27,958 nt of DNA from a virus (lineage: Duplodnaviria; Caudoviricetes): positions 1-27,958 of the IMG/VR virus record IMGVR_UViG_3300037045_000206; one strand, written 5' to 3'. The position numbers and the translations under genes are program-made. The notes under the pieces were generated by a model. That model saw nothing but the letters and a program-made list of their open reading frames with translations. It did no database searches and was not told the DNA's origin. Shown one piece after another: positions 1 through 8,143 of this stretch. Position 1 is the stretch's first letter, and each line of letters opens with the position of its first letter.

Positions 1-554
1 GTGCGCAGGTACTGCTTGGAGGTCTCCACCTGCACGGAATCCGAGATGATCTCCATGGCCTTGCGCCAGTCCTCGTCGTTGATCGCCAGCTTGCGGAGCG
101 AGAGGATCCTGCGGATATCCATCCGGCCGGACTGGTTCACCTGGAAGGCTTGGTCGATGATCGCTTTGAGGTTCGCATTGGCTCCGTTAGACCATTTCTC
201 GATACACTTATCGATAAGGTCCTTTCCCAGATAGATGCCTTCAGTGAATGACTGGCGGTCGTTCATCGCCAGGCTTATGCGGTACATCCCATCGAAGCTG
301 GAGAGGGTGAGGTTCCCTTTCTTTCCACCGATCGTGACCTTGTATTCCGCCGCGGCTAGCTCCATGAATGCCTCTATATCCTCGATTATCCCAGCCTTGG
401 TCGAGGTCATGATCTCCTTCAGGTTGTTTATCTCACCCATGATTCTGGTCACCAGCTGATCACGCAGCTGGTCCACAGGTTTGACCATCTCCTCCGGCAC
501 CAACGATCCACGGGCATCCTCATAAAACACTTTCCCATCGATTTCTCTTCTCAT
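1..554 (-). CDS. DUF3164 family Mu-like phage early protein (3' end truncated by the window edge)
   Basis: Not in the ORF track. Translated by hand from ATG at 554: MRREIDGKVFYEDARGSLVPEEMVKPVDQLRDQLV...GGKKGNLTLSSFDG...AFQVNQSGRMDIRRILSLRKL...WRKAMEIISDSVQV, matching remembered DUF3164 motifs. Open to position 1. Confidence 0.88.
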   Translation of the reverse strand, partial: MRREIDGKVFYEDARGSLVPEEMVKPVDQLRDQLVTRIMGEINNLKEIMTSTKAGIIEDIEAFMELAAAEYKVTIGGKKGNLTLSSFDGMYRISLAMNDRQSFTEGIYLGKDLIDKCIEKWSNGANANLKAIIDQAFQVNQSGRMDIRRILSLRKLAINDEDWRKAMEIISDSVQVETSKQYLR

Positions 555-555
555 G

Positions 556-1038
556 CTATCTCCTTCCTTGCTGATATTTATAAGTCCGGTTGATCCAGCC
601 GATCACTTTTCTCAGTTCATCGGCATCACACCATTCAAGCTTCTGTTTATGGATCTTCGCTTGAATGAAGCCTGAAACCCTATGCTCCCAATCAGATCCA
701 AGGACCACAGGAGCTCGGATCTGGATGTATCGGATCGCCTTATGGCGCTCAATCTCCATCTCCCTCTTTGGCGAGATGTACGGATGCGCCGTGCTGAACC
801 CCGCATGGTCGAAGAATTCCATGACTTTCTCTAGATCGGCGTCCTCTAGATCTGCGCACGATCCTTCTCCACCGATGGCTTTCAATATTTCTTGGTACCG
901 CCATTGGTCGAGTTGCTTTGGTACGGAAGCACCGCAACCAGGACATGCCGTACCGAAGAAAAGCCGTCCGCAATTTGAGCAGACCAGGGCTTTCGCTTTG
1001 GCTATATGGATGCGGGCGATCAATGCCGATCTACTCAT
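556..1038 (-). CDS. gemA: GemA/gp16 (DUF1018) family regulatory protein with inserted CxxC...CxxC zinc ribbon
   Basis: N-terminus MSRSALIARIHIAK, then YQEILKAIGGEGSCADL...LEKVMEFFDHAGF and a C-terminal LEWCDADELRKVI, all resembling Mu gp16. Located in the early operon. Confidence 0.8.
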   Translation of the reverse strand: MSRSALIARIHIAKAKALVCSNCGRLFFGTACPGCGASVPKQLDQWRYQEILKAIGGEGSCADLEDADLEKVMEFFDHAGFSTAHPYISPKREMEIERHKAIRYIQIRAPVVLGSDWEHRVSGFIQAKIHKQKLEWCDADELRKVIGWINRTYKYQQGRR

Positions 1039-1499
1039 TTTTTCCCCCTTTTCTGGTAAATAATTGGCCGGACAACCTCATTGCTGATGAGCTTGTAAAT
1101 CGGAGCTTTACCATTCCGGCCGATCGTTATTAACAAACCTTGTGATAGCCATGTCCTGCAAAGAGTAGCGGCATGTTCTCTGTCAATCCCCGCTACTTTT
1201 GCTAAATTATCAATCTCAAACGAAGATAAAATGCGAGCTGCGCGCCAAGCGCAGTCAGCCTTTGATCCGACAGTGGTGTATTCATGGGATGCGATATATA
1301 CACCGGAGTCCTTTACCATTGCGCCGGATTGACAAAGCTGCAGGAGGCAATGCCTAAGATTGCGACGGGATACGTCGGAAAAGACCTCACAAATGGCATC
1401 AAGGCCGACCGATCCTTTTGCTTCTACATACTTCTGAACCTGACGCGCGGTGATAGATGTCTGAAATAAGACTCTACGCTCGGTAGGGCTTATAAGCAT
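1035..1499 (-). CDS. Hypothetical protein, probably tandem winged-helix DNA-binding domains
   Basis: 154 aa ORF overlapping both neighbours; two segments with helix-helix-recognition helix-G-beta hairpin pattern (LLQLCQSGAMVK; CRTWLSQGLLITIG). Confidence 0.65.
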   Translation of the reverse strand: MLISPTERRVLFQTSITARQVQKYVEAKGSVGLDAICEVFSDVSRRNLRHCLLQLCQSGAMVKDSGVYIASHEYTTVGSKADCAWRAARILSSFEIDNLAKVAGIDREHAATLCRTWLSQGLLITIGRNGKAPIYKLISNEVVRPIIYQKRGKK

Positions 1500-2397
1500 T
1501 CAAAACCTCCTCGGTCAGAGTGGCCAATCCCGATGCGTTCAAGGTGGCGACGATATGCTGTGCATCATTCACCAGGGTTCGGAAGTCCTTGTTAGCCCAT
1601 CTCAGAAGGGTTTGGCAGACGGGCAACGACCCGCTGATATCAATACCTACGGCCATTTGATAATAGGTGGCTACATCGATCGTTGTTATCGGCTTGAATA
1701 CAATCTCCGGCTTGCGGACACGGCTCTTCAAACGTGGTAGGGTTTCCATTTTCGCGACCAGGGATTCCTCTCCGACAAGCATGATCGGGACTCCACAGTA
1801 TTCGTTAAGGTTCCGCAGCGATTCGATCACTCTGATCGGCATCCGGTCAGATTCGTCGATGATGATGAGCTTGCGGTAGATACCTGTGGCTTCCTTGATG
1901 ATCGCCAGGTTGCGATCGAAGGTCCTTTGATTAAACCCAGTCAGTTCCATCGCAATTTTCTGCACTAGCATGTTGAGTGTGTATCCTTCCATGAAAAGCA
2001 CATAGACAGACTGGTCATTGCCTGCTGCAAACTGCTGGATGGCTGTTGTCTTTCCGAAGCCAGCGGAGCCGGTGACCATTCCCACCGATGCGGTAAGGGT
2101 TGTCGTTGGATCGAGAAGGCTGTTGGCCAGGGCATTCACCGCGATTACATTCTGGGTGGGGACGAATGAAGTAGGATCAACCCGTAACGTTCCCGGCCTG
2201 ACATCCTCCATTACAATGTCGTCACCAAACATCTTGGCTTCGGACATCTTCTGGATGATTGCCCGCTCGATATTCTCCCAGTTCGGATAGTCATGGCTCT
2301 TTACCCTGCTGATCGCGCTTTTCCCTAGTCCTACAAGATCTCCAACTGCTTGGAGAGACAGTCCGGTTCTTTCCAACGCCTCTGATAATGTGATCAT
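1474..2397 (-). CDS. MuB-like transposition AAA+ ATPase with N-terminal HTH
   Basis: Walker A GSAGFGKTT, Walker B LIIIDESD, PIMLVG, arginine finger RLKSRV, N-terminal XRE-like HTH; 4-nt overlap with the transposase stop. Confidence 0.92.
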   Translation of the reverse strand: MITLSEALERTGLSLQAVGDLVGLGKSAISRVKSHDYPNWENIERAIIQKMSEAKMFGDDIVMEDVRPGTLRVDPTSFVPTQNVIAVNALANSLLDPTTTLTASVGMVTGSAGFGKTTAIQQFAAGNDQSVYVLFMEGYTLNMLVQKIAMELTGFNQRTFDRNLAIIKEATGIYRKLIIIDESDRMPIRVIESLRNLNEYCGVPIMLVGEESLVAKMETLPRLKSRVRKPEIVFKPITTIDVATYYQMAVGIDISGSLPVCQTLLRWANKDFRTLVNDAQHIVATLNASGLATLTEEVLNAYKPYRA

Positions 2398-4523
2398 CGA
2401 TGTCCTCCTAATTTTCTATAGTTTTTCCAGTAGAGAGTTGATTCCTGGAATTCATCTGATTTTTCATAGCTCTGCATAAACGCTTTATCCGCAGGCTGAA
2501 GATCGTTACCACTGATAAGCATGTCTTGGCACCATTTGTAATGGTCGCGTGGGCATGTATGGATAGCCTTGATGGGAATTGAACGCACAGTCGAGCAGGC
2601 GATCTGTCTCGTGACCTCCTCAGCCAGGTTCACATCAGTAGTCTCAGGCAGCTGATTTCTGACTATCTCGGCCTTCCTGATTACCGGGGTGACCTCGCTT
2701 TTCAAAGTCAGTCCTCCGATTGGTTTGGTCAGCTGGGCGAAAGCATCACGCACAGCCTTCATCTGCCGCCGTTTCATGGAGATCGCCTCGGTCATGGCCT
2801 CATCATCAAGCATCGTTACCGATGTGACCGCTTTAAGCGGACGGATTGATCCATCAACAGTCGCATAGGCATAGATCATGTCATGCCGGTTGAAACGGAC
2901 CTCGACACTCCGGCCGTCATACCTCCAAAGTCCTACATCGGCCATGGATCCATCATCCGCCGGTCTTAGGTCCTCACCAATAAAGGCCACGGTCCCGACA
3001 GTGACACGGCCCCGCTCGACCTTCCTCATCGACCTATCCGCCAGGATATAGTTGATGATCTCATGCTCAAAAAAGCGTGGCCGCCATCCCTGGGATATCT
3101 TGCGGTTCAGCTTCTCGATCGGAGACATTCCAAGGGTTGAGTGCAGCGAATTCTCGTAATCCCTCAGTTCCTCAAGCACCACCAGCTGGAACTCCTCCAT
3201 CGTCAGCAATACCCTCTTATCTTTCTGTGCCTCCAACCGTGCCCGTTCCACTTCATCGATGGCGGCTGTGGCTCCTGGGGTGGCGCACCGTCCAGGAAGC
3301 ATGCGGCCTTCGATCCGACTTTCCAGCGTCCGGAAGAAACGTTCGATGTCCTTTGCCTTTGCGTTCTTCACATTGGCGAAGATCCTCCGGTGCTTCCGTC
3401 TCCATTCGTCGGGGGTTCTGGCGCTCTCCAAGACATCCCCTTCCTCATTGACCACTACGTAAATGCCTTCAGGTGTCTTGTAAAGATCGCTCACATCCGC
3501 CGCAGCCATTCGCAGATTGATGAGATCGTCGATGATCGAGTTAATGGCTTTTGAACATTCACTGGAACCGTTATCGTTATAGGTGCAATCGAAAGCGCCG
3601 AAACGATACAGTCCAAGCCGCAAAGCCTCCTTGACGGTATCGCTGCTATAAGTTCTATCAAAAGCGATGCCATAGATAAGCTTGGTGCACATGTCCAGCC
3701 AGAGGTAGCATTCGGGCCTGCTGATGGTCCCGGTCTCATAATCGGCGATCCACCAATCGAATATATGCTGGTCACCGATCACTATCTGCATCGGCTGCAA
3801 CGCATCGCAGTCACGGGTGATATAGAAGTAATTATCCAGGGCACGGTTTCCACCACGGGCATAGGCAACCATCAAATGGTCCACATCTCCCAGGAGGTTG
3901 AAGGCGGAGGACCGGCTGCCTATCTTCCAAGCCTCATCCCGGGCTTTGATTTGCAATGCCTTCCATGCGGTTGTCTTGGAGCATTCCCCAATCTCCCGGA
4001 TAGCCTGCAGCCAGTATCCTTTGATATAGGCTATCGCCTCAGGATCCCACGATCGTTGCTCTCCCTTGTTCCTTGGCTTGCCGACAATCCCATAGTCCTC
4101 GATCTCCGCAGCTATGCGCCTGCAGGTCGATGGCGAGATATCAAAGAACGAAGCGACTGACTTGATCCACGCGGTCCGGGGGGTCCCGGCAGGCCGGGCC
4201 TTCAATCGTTGCGCGACAAGCAGCCGCTCCCGTTGTTTATCAGTCACTTTGGTCCCGAGTCTCGCTAGGTCGGTCGACCTGGAATTCGATAGAGCGAGCT
4301 GGGCGGGAGGCGCGAGAACTGTGAGTGCTGCAGGGGATGATGAGGACAGCTTCCCGGCTTTCACCAGTTGCGTCTGCCAGTCCATGGGTAGAGACGGGAT
4401 ATAGACCTCGATTCTTTTCCCATCGAGCGGACGGCTCTGGATCTTCCCTGCTTTGGCCATCAGCTGGATGGTGCGGGGAGTCTTGCTGATTATCTGAGAC
4501 AAACCCTTCACGTCAATCCACAT
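2394..4523 (-). CDS. MuA-like DDE transposase
   Basis: 709 aa; N-terminal HTH, catalytic motifs IGDQH, YNDNGS, KAKDIERFF, YENSLHSTLGMSP and a Mu-type C-terminal beta domain (VEVRFNRHD); directly upstream of the MuB-like gene. Confidence 0.93.
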   Translation of the reverse strand: MWIDVKGLSQIISKTPRTIQLMAKAGKIQSRPLDGKRIEVYIPSLPMDWQTQLVKAGKLSSSSPAALTVLAPPAQLALSNSRSTDLARLGTKVTDKQRERLLVAQRLKARPAGTPRTAWIKSVASFFDISPSTCRRIAAEIEDYGIVGKPRNKGEQRSWDPEAIAYIKGYWLQAIREIGECSKTTAWKALQIKARDEAWKIGSRSSAFNLLGDVDHLMVAYARGGNRALDNYFYITRDCDALQPMQIVIGDQHIFDWWIADYETGTISRPECYLWLDMCTKLIYGIAFDRTYSSDTVKEALRLGLYRFGAFDCTYNDNGSSECSKAINSIIDDLINLRMAAADVSDLYKTPEGIYVVVNEEGDVLESARTPDEWRRKHRRIFANVKNAKAKDIERFFRTLESRIEGRMLPGRCATPGATAAIDEVERARLEAQKDKRVLLTMEEFQLVVLEELRDYENSLHSTLGMSPIEKLNRKISQGWRPRFFEHEIINYILADRSMRKVERGRVTVGTVAFIGEDLRPADDGSMADVGLWRYDGRSVEVRFNRHDMIYAYATVDGSIRPLKAVTSVTMLDDEAMTEAISMKRRQMKAVRDAFAQLTKPIGGLTLKSEVTPVIRKAEIVRNQLPETTDVNLAEEVTRQIACSTVRSIPIKAIHTCPRDHYKWCQDMLISGNDLQPADKAFMQSYEKSDEFQESTLYWKNYRKLGGHR

Positions 4524-4788
4524 AGTATCCCTCCAGACGTGAGAACTGTAATCCTTCCTGGCAGATGAGGGATCTTCCCTCGCAAGTGGCTAGGTTTGCT
4601 TCAACCACCCGGCGGCTTACTCCGGTTCGACGGGCGAGCTCATAGATGGAGATTGAAGAGGGATATATGGGGATCAGTTCGATGATCAAACGGGTCCGGG
4701 GAGATGGTTCCTGTTTGCGTTCCTGCATGCTGGGGCTACGTGATGGAGTGGAGTAGGATTGAGAAGAGATACGGTTTCCTCCGATCAT
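4513..4788 (-). CDS. Small HTH DNA-binding protein
   Basis: ISIYELARRTGVSRRVVEANL is an HTH pattern; GGGGG SD-like run upstream; overlaps the transposase start. Confidence 0.6.
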   Translation of the reverse strand: MIGGNRISSQSYSTPSRSPSMQERKQEPSPRTRLIIELIPIYPSSISIYELARRTGVSRRVVEANLATCEGRSLICQEGLQFSRLEGYYVD

Positions 4789-4821
4789 AGCGTGCCCCCT
4801 GATACCGTGTGTAGATGGGTG

Positions 4822-5130
4822 TCAGACGATGTTCTTATAGCGGTTCTCATCGGATGGCTCCTCCTCGTTTCTGGATGTGGGATGGTTGTACATCTGGGTG
4901 AACATATGACTGAATCGTTCGGCTGCTTCGGCCAGGAATGTCCAGGTTGGGTACCCGAGTGCCTGGGCGATGACCATCTGCACGGGACCGGAGACCCGTT
5001 TGCCTAGCAGTATCTGGTTGATGGTGGTGACAGTGCATCCTGCCATCTCTGCTAGTTTGGTCTGGCTTAAGCTTCGATCTCGCAGAAGCAGCATGGCATA
5101 GGTGTGGATGTAGGTTTTTGTCTTGTTCAT
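4822..5130 (-). CDS. XRE/Ner-like (Cro-equivalent) transcriptional regulator
   Basis: LSQTKLAEMAGCTVTTINQILLG...IAQALG HTH; Ner-like position upstream of the transposase. Confidence 0.75.
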   Translation of the reverse strand: MNKTKTYIHTYAMLLLRDRSLSQTKLAEMAGCTVTTINQILLGKRVSGPVQMVIAQALGYPTWTFLAEAAERFSHMFTQMYNHPTSRNEEEPSDENRYKNIV

Positions 5131-5861
5131 TCCTCCACTCCCATTCGTATGATCATTTCCGCGATGAACTTGGCAACTTGAGGACGTACGGTTGGTTGGA
5201 ATTCCGCAAGTGCCGCTTCGACCAATTTGACCACCCTCACTTGTTTTGGCACGGAGACCGAAGGGACTGCGTAGGGTTTGACCTCCTCACACATGCGTCC
5301 GAACTCTAGGATGTCTTCGGGGGAGCTGGTATCAAAACGGTTGGATAGAGAAGCTAGGTATTCACGGTTGAACAACTCCGCTTGGTCGAATGTCTGTCGG
5401 TTGATGAGACGCTGGTATTTCAGTTCCTTCTGCTTGGATTGGTAGTAATTCTCGCAGGCTGTTGACCAGCCGTCAGGCCTCCAGCTCGCTGCTTTACCAA
5501 TGGATGATTCCAGCTGCTTGATGAGATTTTCGAACTCAATCAGTTTACGGGCTTTGAATTCTTCAGGTGTAAGGAGGCATTCTTTGATTGGATCGTACAG
5601 AAGTCTCCAACGATAAGCTGTACGAACATTGATTCCGACTTCATCACAATAACTTTCCCATGTTGGGGAACCTTCGGACATTTGTCCGGAGGTTAGATCA
5701 CTTCTATATCCTGAATTTGATAAAGCTTGATAAGCAAAATAAAGTTCTCTAACCAAATCCAAGGTATATTTTTGAACCTTTTGGTAGTGTGTTCTAGCCA
5801 TTTCTATAGATTTCTTGTAACTCCAAGGCTCAAATTCTAGATTTTTTAACTCTTTTCCCAT
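5127..5861 (-). CDS. Hypothetical protein, first gene of the early operon, with HTH-like segment
   Basis: ORF track gives 5127..5900; ATG at 5861 (MGKELK) follows AAGGAGGAAGGG and is the better start. TWESYCDEVGINVRTAYRW is HTH-like. Confidence 0.65.
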   Translation of the reverse strand: MGKELKNLEFEPWSYKKSIEMARTHYQKVQKYTLDLVRELYFAYQALSNSGYRSDLTSGQMSEGSPTWESYCDEVGINVRTAYRWRLLYDPIKECLLTPEEFKARKLIEFENLIKQLESSIGKAASWRPDGWSTACENYYQSKQKELKYQRLINRQTFDQAELFNREYLASLSNRFDTSSPEDILEFGRMCEEVKPYAVPSVSVPKQVRVVKLVEAALAEFQPTVRPQVAKFIAEMIIRMGVEE

Positions 5862-5917
5862 CCCTTCCTCCTTGTGCTCACCCGAATGGTGGGTTATCAT
5901 CTCATTAAGGTAATTAA

Positions 5918-6000
5918 TAACCTATTTTTAGGTTAAACTAGAATATGGTTATTGTCAACTAAAAAATAGTATTTTGCTATAAAATACGCAGAATATAGTT
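5918..6000. promoter_or_regulatory. Divergent lysis/lysogeny switch: leftward promoter, rightward promoter and operator-like repeats
   Basis: Minus strand TTGACA (5958-5953), 17 nt, TAACCT (5935-5930). Plus strand extended -10 TGcTATAAA (5975-5983). Repeats near AACTA-N5-TAGTT at 5936-5950, 5957-5971, 5986-6000; inverted repeat TAACCTA-N4-TAGGTTA at 5918-5935. Confidence 0.7.
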
Positions 6001-6013
6001 AAAAGAGGGTAAA

Positions 6014-6733
6014 ATGCTTGGAGAAAGGATTAAGTTGATAAGAGAAAACGAAGGACTCTCACAAAAAGCTTTCGGGGAAAAGCTAGGGATCCCACAAACC
6101 ACTTATGCAAACTATGAGAGTAACAAGGCAAAAGTCCCAGACGAGATTAAACAACAGCTTGCGGATTTGGGTATTAACCTTCATTGGTTCATAACTGGAG
6201 AAGGATCTATGTATATGGATCCAGACAGGATTCAGGAAGAGAAGTCGGCAGTGATAGAAGTGGAGGATCCCCTAACAACTTACCTTAGTCCAAATGGACG
6301 GGAGCTTGTAAAGTGCGAACATATGGATGAGATCGAGATCCCGATCCTTGCACAACGGCTGAGCGCAGGGCCAGGACAGGAGTGGCTGGATACTGACTTC
6401 ACCAAAGAGAAGCTGCCGTTACTGGCACGATTCGTTAAGCCCTATCCAAGGGCGTTGGTGTTCGCCGCTGAAGTCCGGGGTGACAGCATGACGGGCATCC
6501 AGATGTTCGATGGAGACATCGCGTTCTTCGTCCGTGGCGAGGTCGAAGGTGATGGTATTTATGCGATAGCGGTCGATGGCGAGGTGTACATCAAACGTGT
6601 CGAAGTGGATCCCTTCGAGAAGACGCTTACCATCAGATCAGAGAATGCTCGGTACCAACCAAAGATTGTTGCTCAGGATAGGGTAATCCTCCTGGGTAAG
6701 ATTATCGGCTGGCTACATCATCATCCGTATTAG
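6014..6733 (+). CDS. CI-like repressor, XRE HTH plus S24 peptidase domain
   Basis: LSQKAFGEKLGIPQTTYANYE HTH; SAGPG cleavage-site motif; VRGDSM catalytic Ser; YIKRV catalytic Lys. Confidence 0.93.
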   Translation: MLGERIKLIRENEGLSQKAFGEKLGIPQTTYANYESNKAKVPDEIKQQLADLGINLHWFITGEGSMYMDPDRIQEEKSAVIEVEDPLTTYLSPNGRELVKCEHMDEIEIPILAQRLSAGPGQEWLDTDFTKEKLPLLARFVKPYPRALVFAAEVRGDSMTGIQMFDGDIAFFVRGEVEGDGIYAIAVDGEVYIKRVEVDPFEKTLTIRSENARYQPKIVAQDRVILLGKIIGWLHHHPY

Positions 6734-6768
6734 AAGCACATATATATAAGGTATAAATAGGAGGTTTT

Positions 6769-6996
6769 ATGCACACCTTGGGTACAGTATTGTTGGTTTT
6801 TTCCATTCTGTTCGTGCCATTTTTATGGTTGATTGCGGCTGCATCCGGTTATTTTGGATTAGCTATTCTAGCTGATAATATTTTCTGGTGTGCACTTGGG
6901 GCATCCACATTCCTTGGTGGGGTTATATTCCTCGCAGTGGCTGACATCCTCGTTCGCCTGGATAAACTTGTGGAATTGAAGCAAAACGAACTGTAA
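6769..6996 (+). CDS. Small two-TM membrane protein (moron)
   Basis: AGGAGG SD; two hydrophobic segments and a short charged tail. Confidence 0.7.
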   Translation: MHTLGTVLLVFSILFVPFLWLIAAASGYFGLAILADNIFWCALGASTFLGGVIFLAVADILVRLDKLVELKQNEL

Positions 6997-7122
6997 CCAT
7001 CTTTACGAATGAATAATTGTCAATGTAGCGGATTCTCAGTTCGATAGACGTAAAAATGAAGAAATAACAGGATGATAGTACCAACATTATCTTTATTTTT
7101 TTTTAATCTAGAGGAGGAGCTG

Positions 7123-7860
7123 GTGGAAGTATTAGAAAAAATCAAACAGCAATTGGAAGACACAGTTGAACAAGGACGTCTGATGCTCAAGGGTTGGGAA
7201 TTCCGTGACTACCAGAATGTCCAAGACGCTTATCAAGCATGGTATGTTCGTGCAGAGGTTTTTGTTCAAAAATTTCTCCATGATAGGATTGATGAATTTA
7301 AATTATATTATACGGGATCTGGGCTGGAAAATTATGAAGGTGAGTATGGTATTAAGGCTTTCCTCAAAGGTAAGCTTCCCTACTATGCGTATGAAGATAT
7401 AACAAGTCAGCAGGATCGGGCTAATAAGTATATTCGACATAATTTGTCCATGCAGATAAGTATCTTAAATGCTATTAAAACCAATTTAGATACTATTGTT
7501 AATGAAATCGTTGATACCATTTACTATGAATACCAAGAGGACGAGCTTGAAGCGGCAAAAACAATCCTTGATATCAACTTAAGAGCTGCTGGTGCATTAT
7601 GTGGTGTAGTTATTGAAAAGCACTTAAAACGTCTAGTAGAGAAAAATGATCTTCAGCCAGATAAAAAAAATCCTGGAATTAATTGGTATTCTTCTAAACT
7701 TAGAGAAAAAAATATTATCACGGTTAGTCAAAAGAAGAAAGTTGACTATATGGCAGATATACGTAATCGTTGTGATCACCCAGATGTCGATGAACCAAAA
7801 AGAGAAGATATCACGAGACTTATAGAAGATACTAATTGGCTAATCAAATCTGTGATTTAA
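7123..7860 (+). CDS. HEPN (DUF4145-like) domain protein
   Basis: ORF track start 7072; GTG at 7123 follows GAGGAGG. C-terminal RAAGALCGVVIEKHLK helix and RNRCDH (R-x4-H) motif. Confidence 0.78.
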   Translation: MEVLEKIKQQLEDTVEQGRLMLKGWEFRDYQNVQDAYQAWYVRAEVFVQKFLHDRIDEFKLYYTGSGLENYEGEYGIKAFLKGKLPYYAYEDITSQQDRANKYIRHNLSMQISILNAIKTNLDTIVNEIVDTIYYEYQEDELEAAKTILDINLRAAGALCGVVIEKHLKRLVEKNDLQPDKKNPGINWYSSKLREKNIITVSQKKKVDYMADIRNRCDHPDVDEPKREDITRLIEDTNWLIKSVI

Positions 7861-8143
7861 GCATCCTTTCAAATTAATAACCGCCATTTGTTAACCGGTA
7901 ATACTTGTATCTTATGTTTAAGATCGAATCTCTTCTTTTTTTTGATTGTGCTGTGGTTTGGGTGGACCTATTATTACAATTAAAGCATCGGTGCGGCTTC
8001 ATATTAATTGGCGAAGTGTACATTAATGTCGAACTCAAGCCCAAAGGAAATGGTATATGGTTGAGCGGATCATTTTTCCCACAGAGCAGTTGCTAGTTGA
8101 TAAATCGTATTTTATAGAAATACTTTAAATAGGAGGAGTGTAA

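Noticed and set aside
1-459. Plus-strand ORFs 1..234 and 235..459
   Set aside because: Antisense shadows of the DUF3164 gene on the minus strand.
7905-8096. 63-aa ORF between the HEPN and NdpA-like genes
   Set aside because: TTG start, no SD, no recognisable motif; more likely terminator/promoter DNA.
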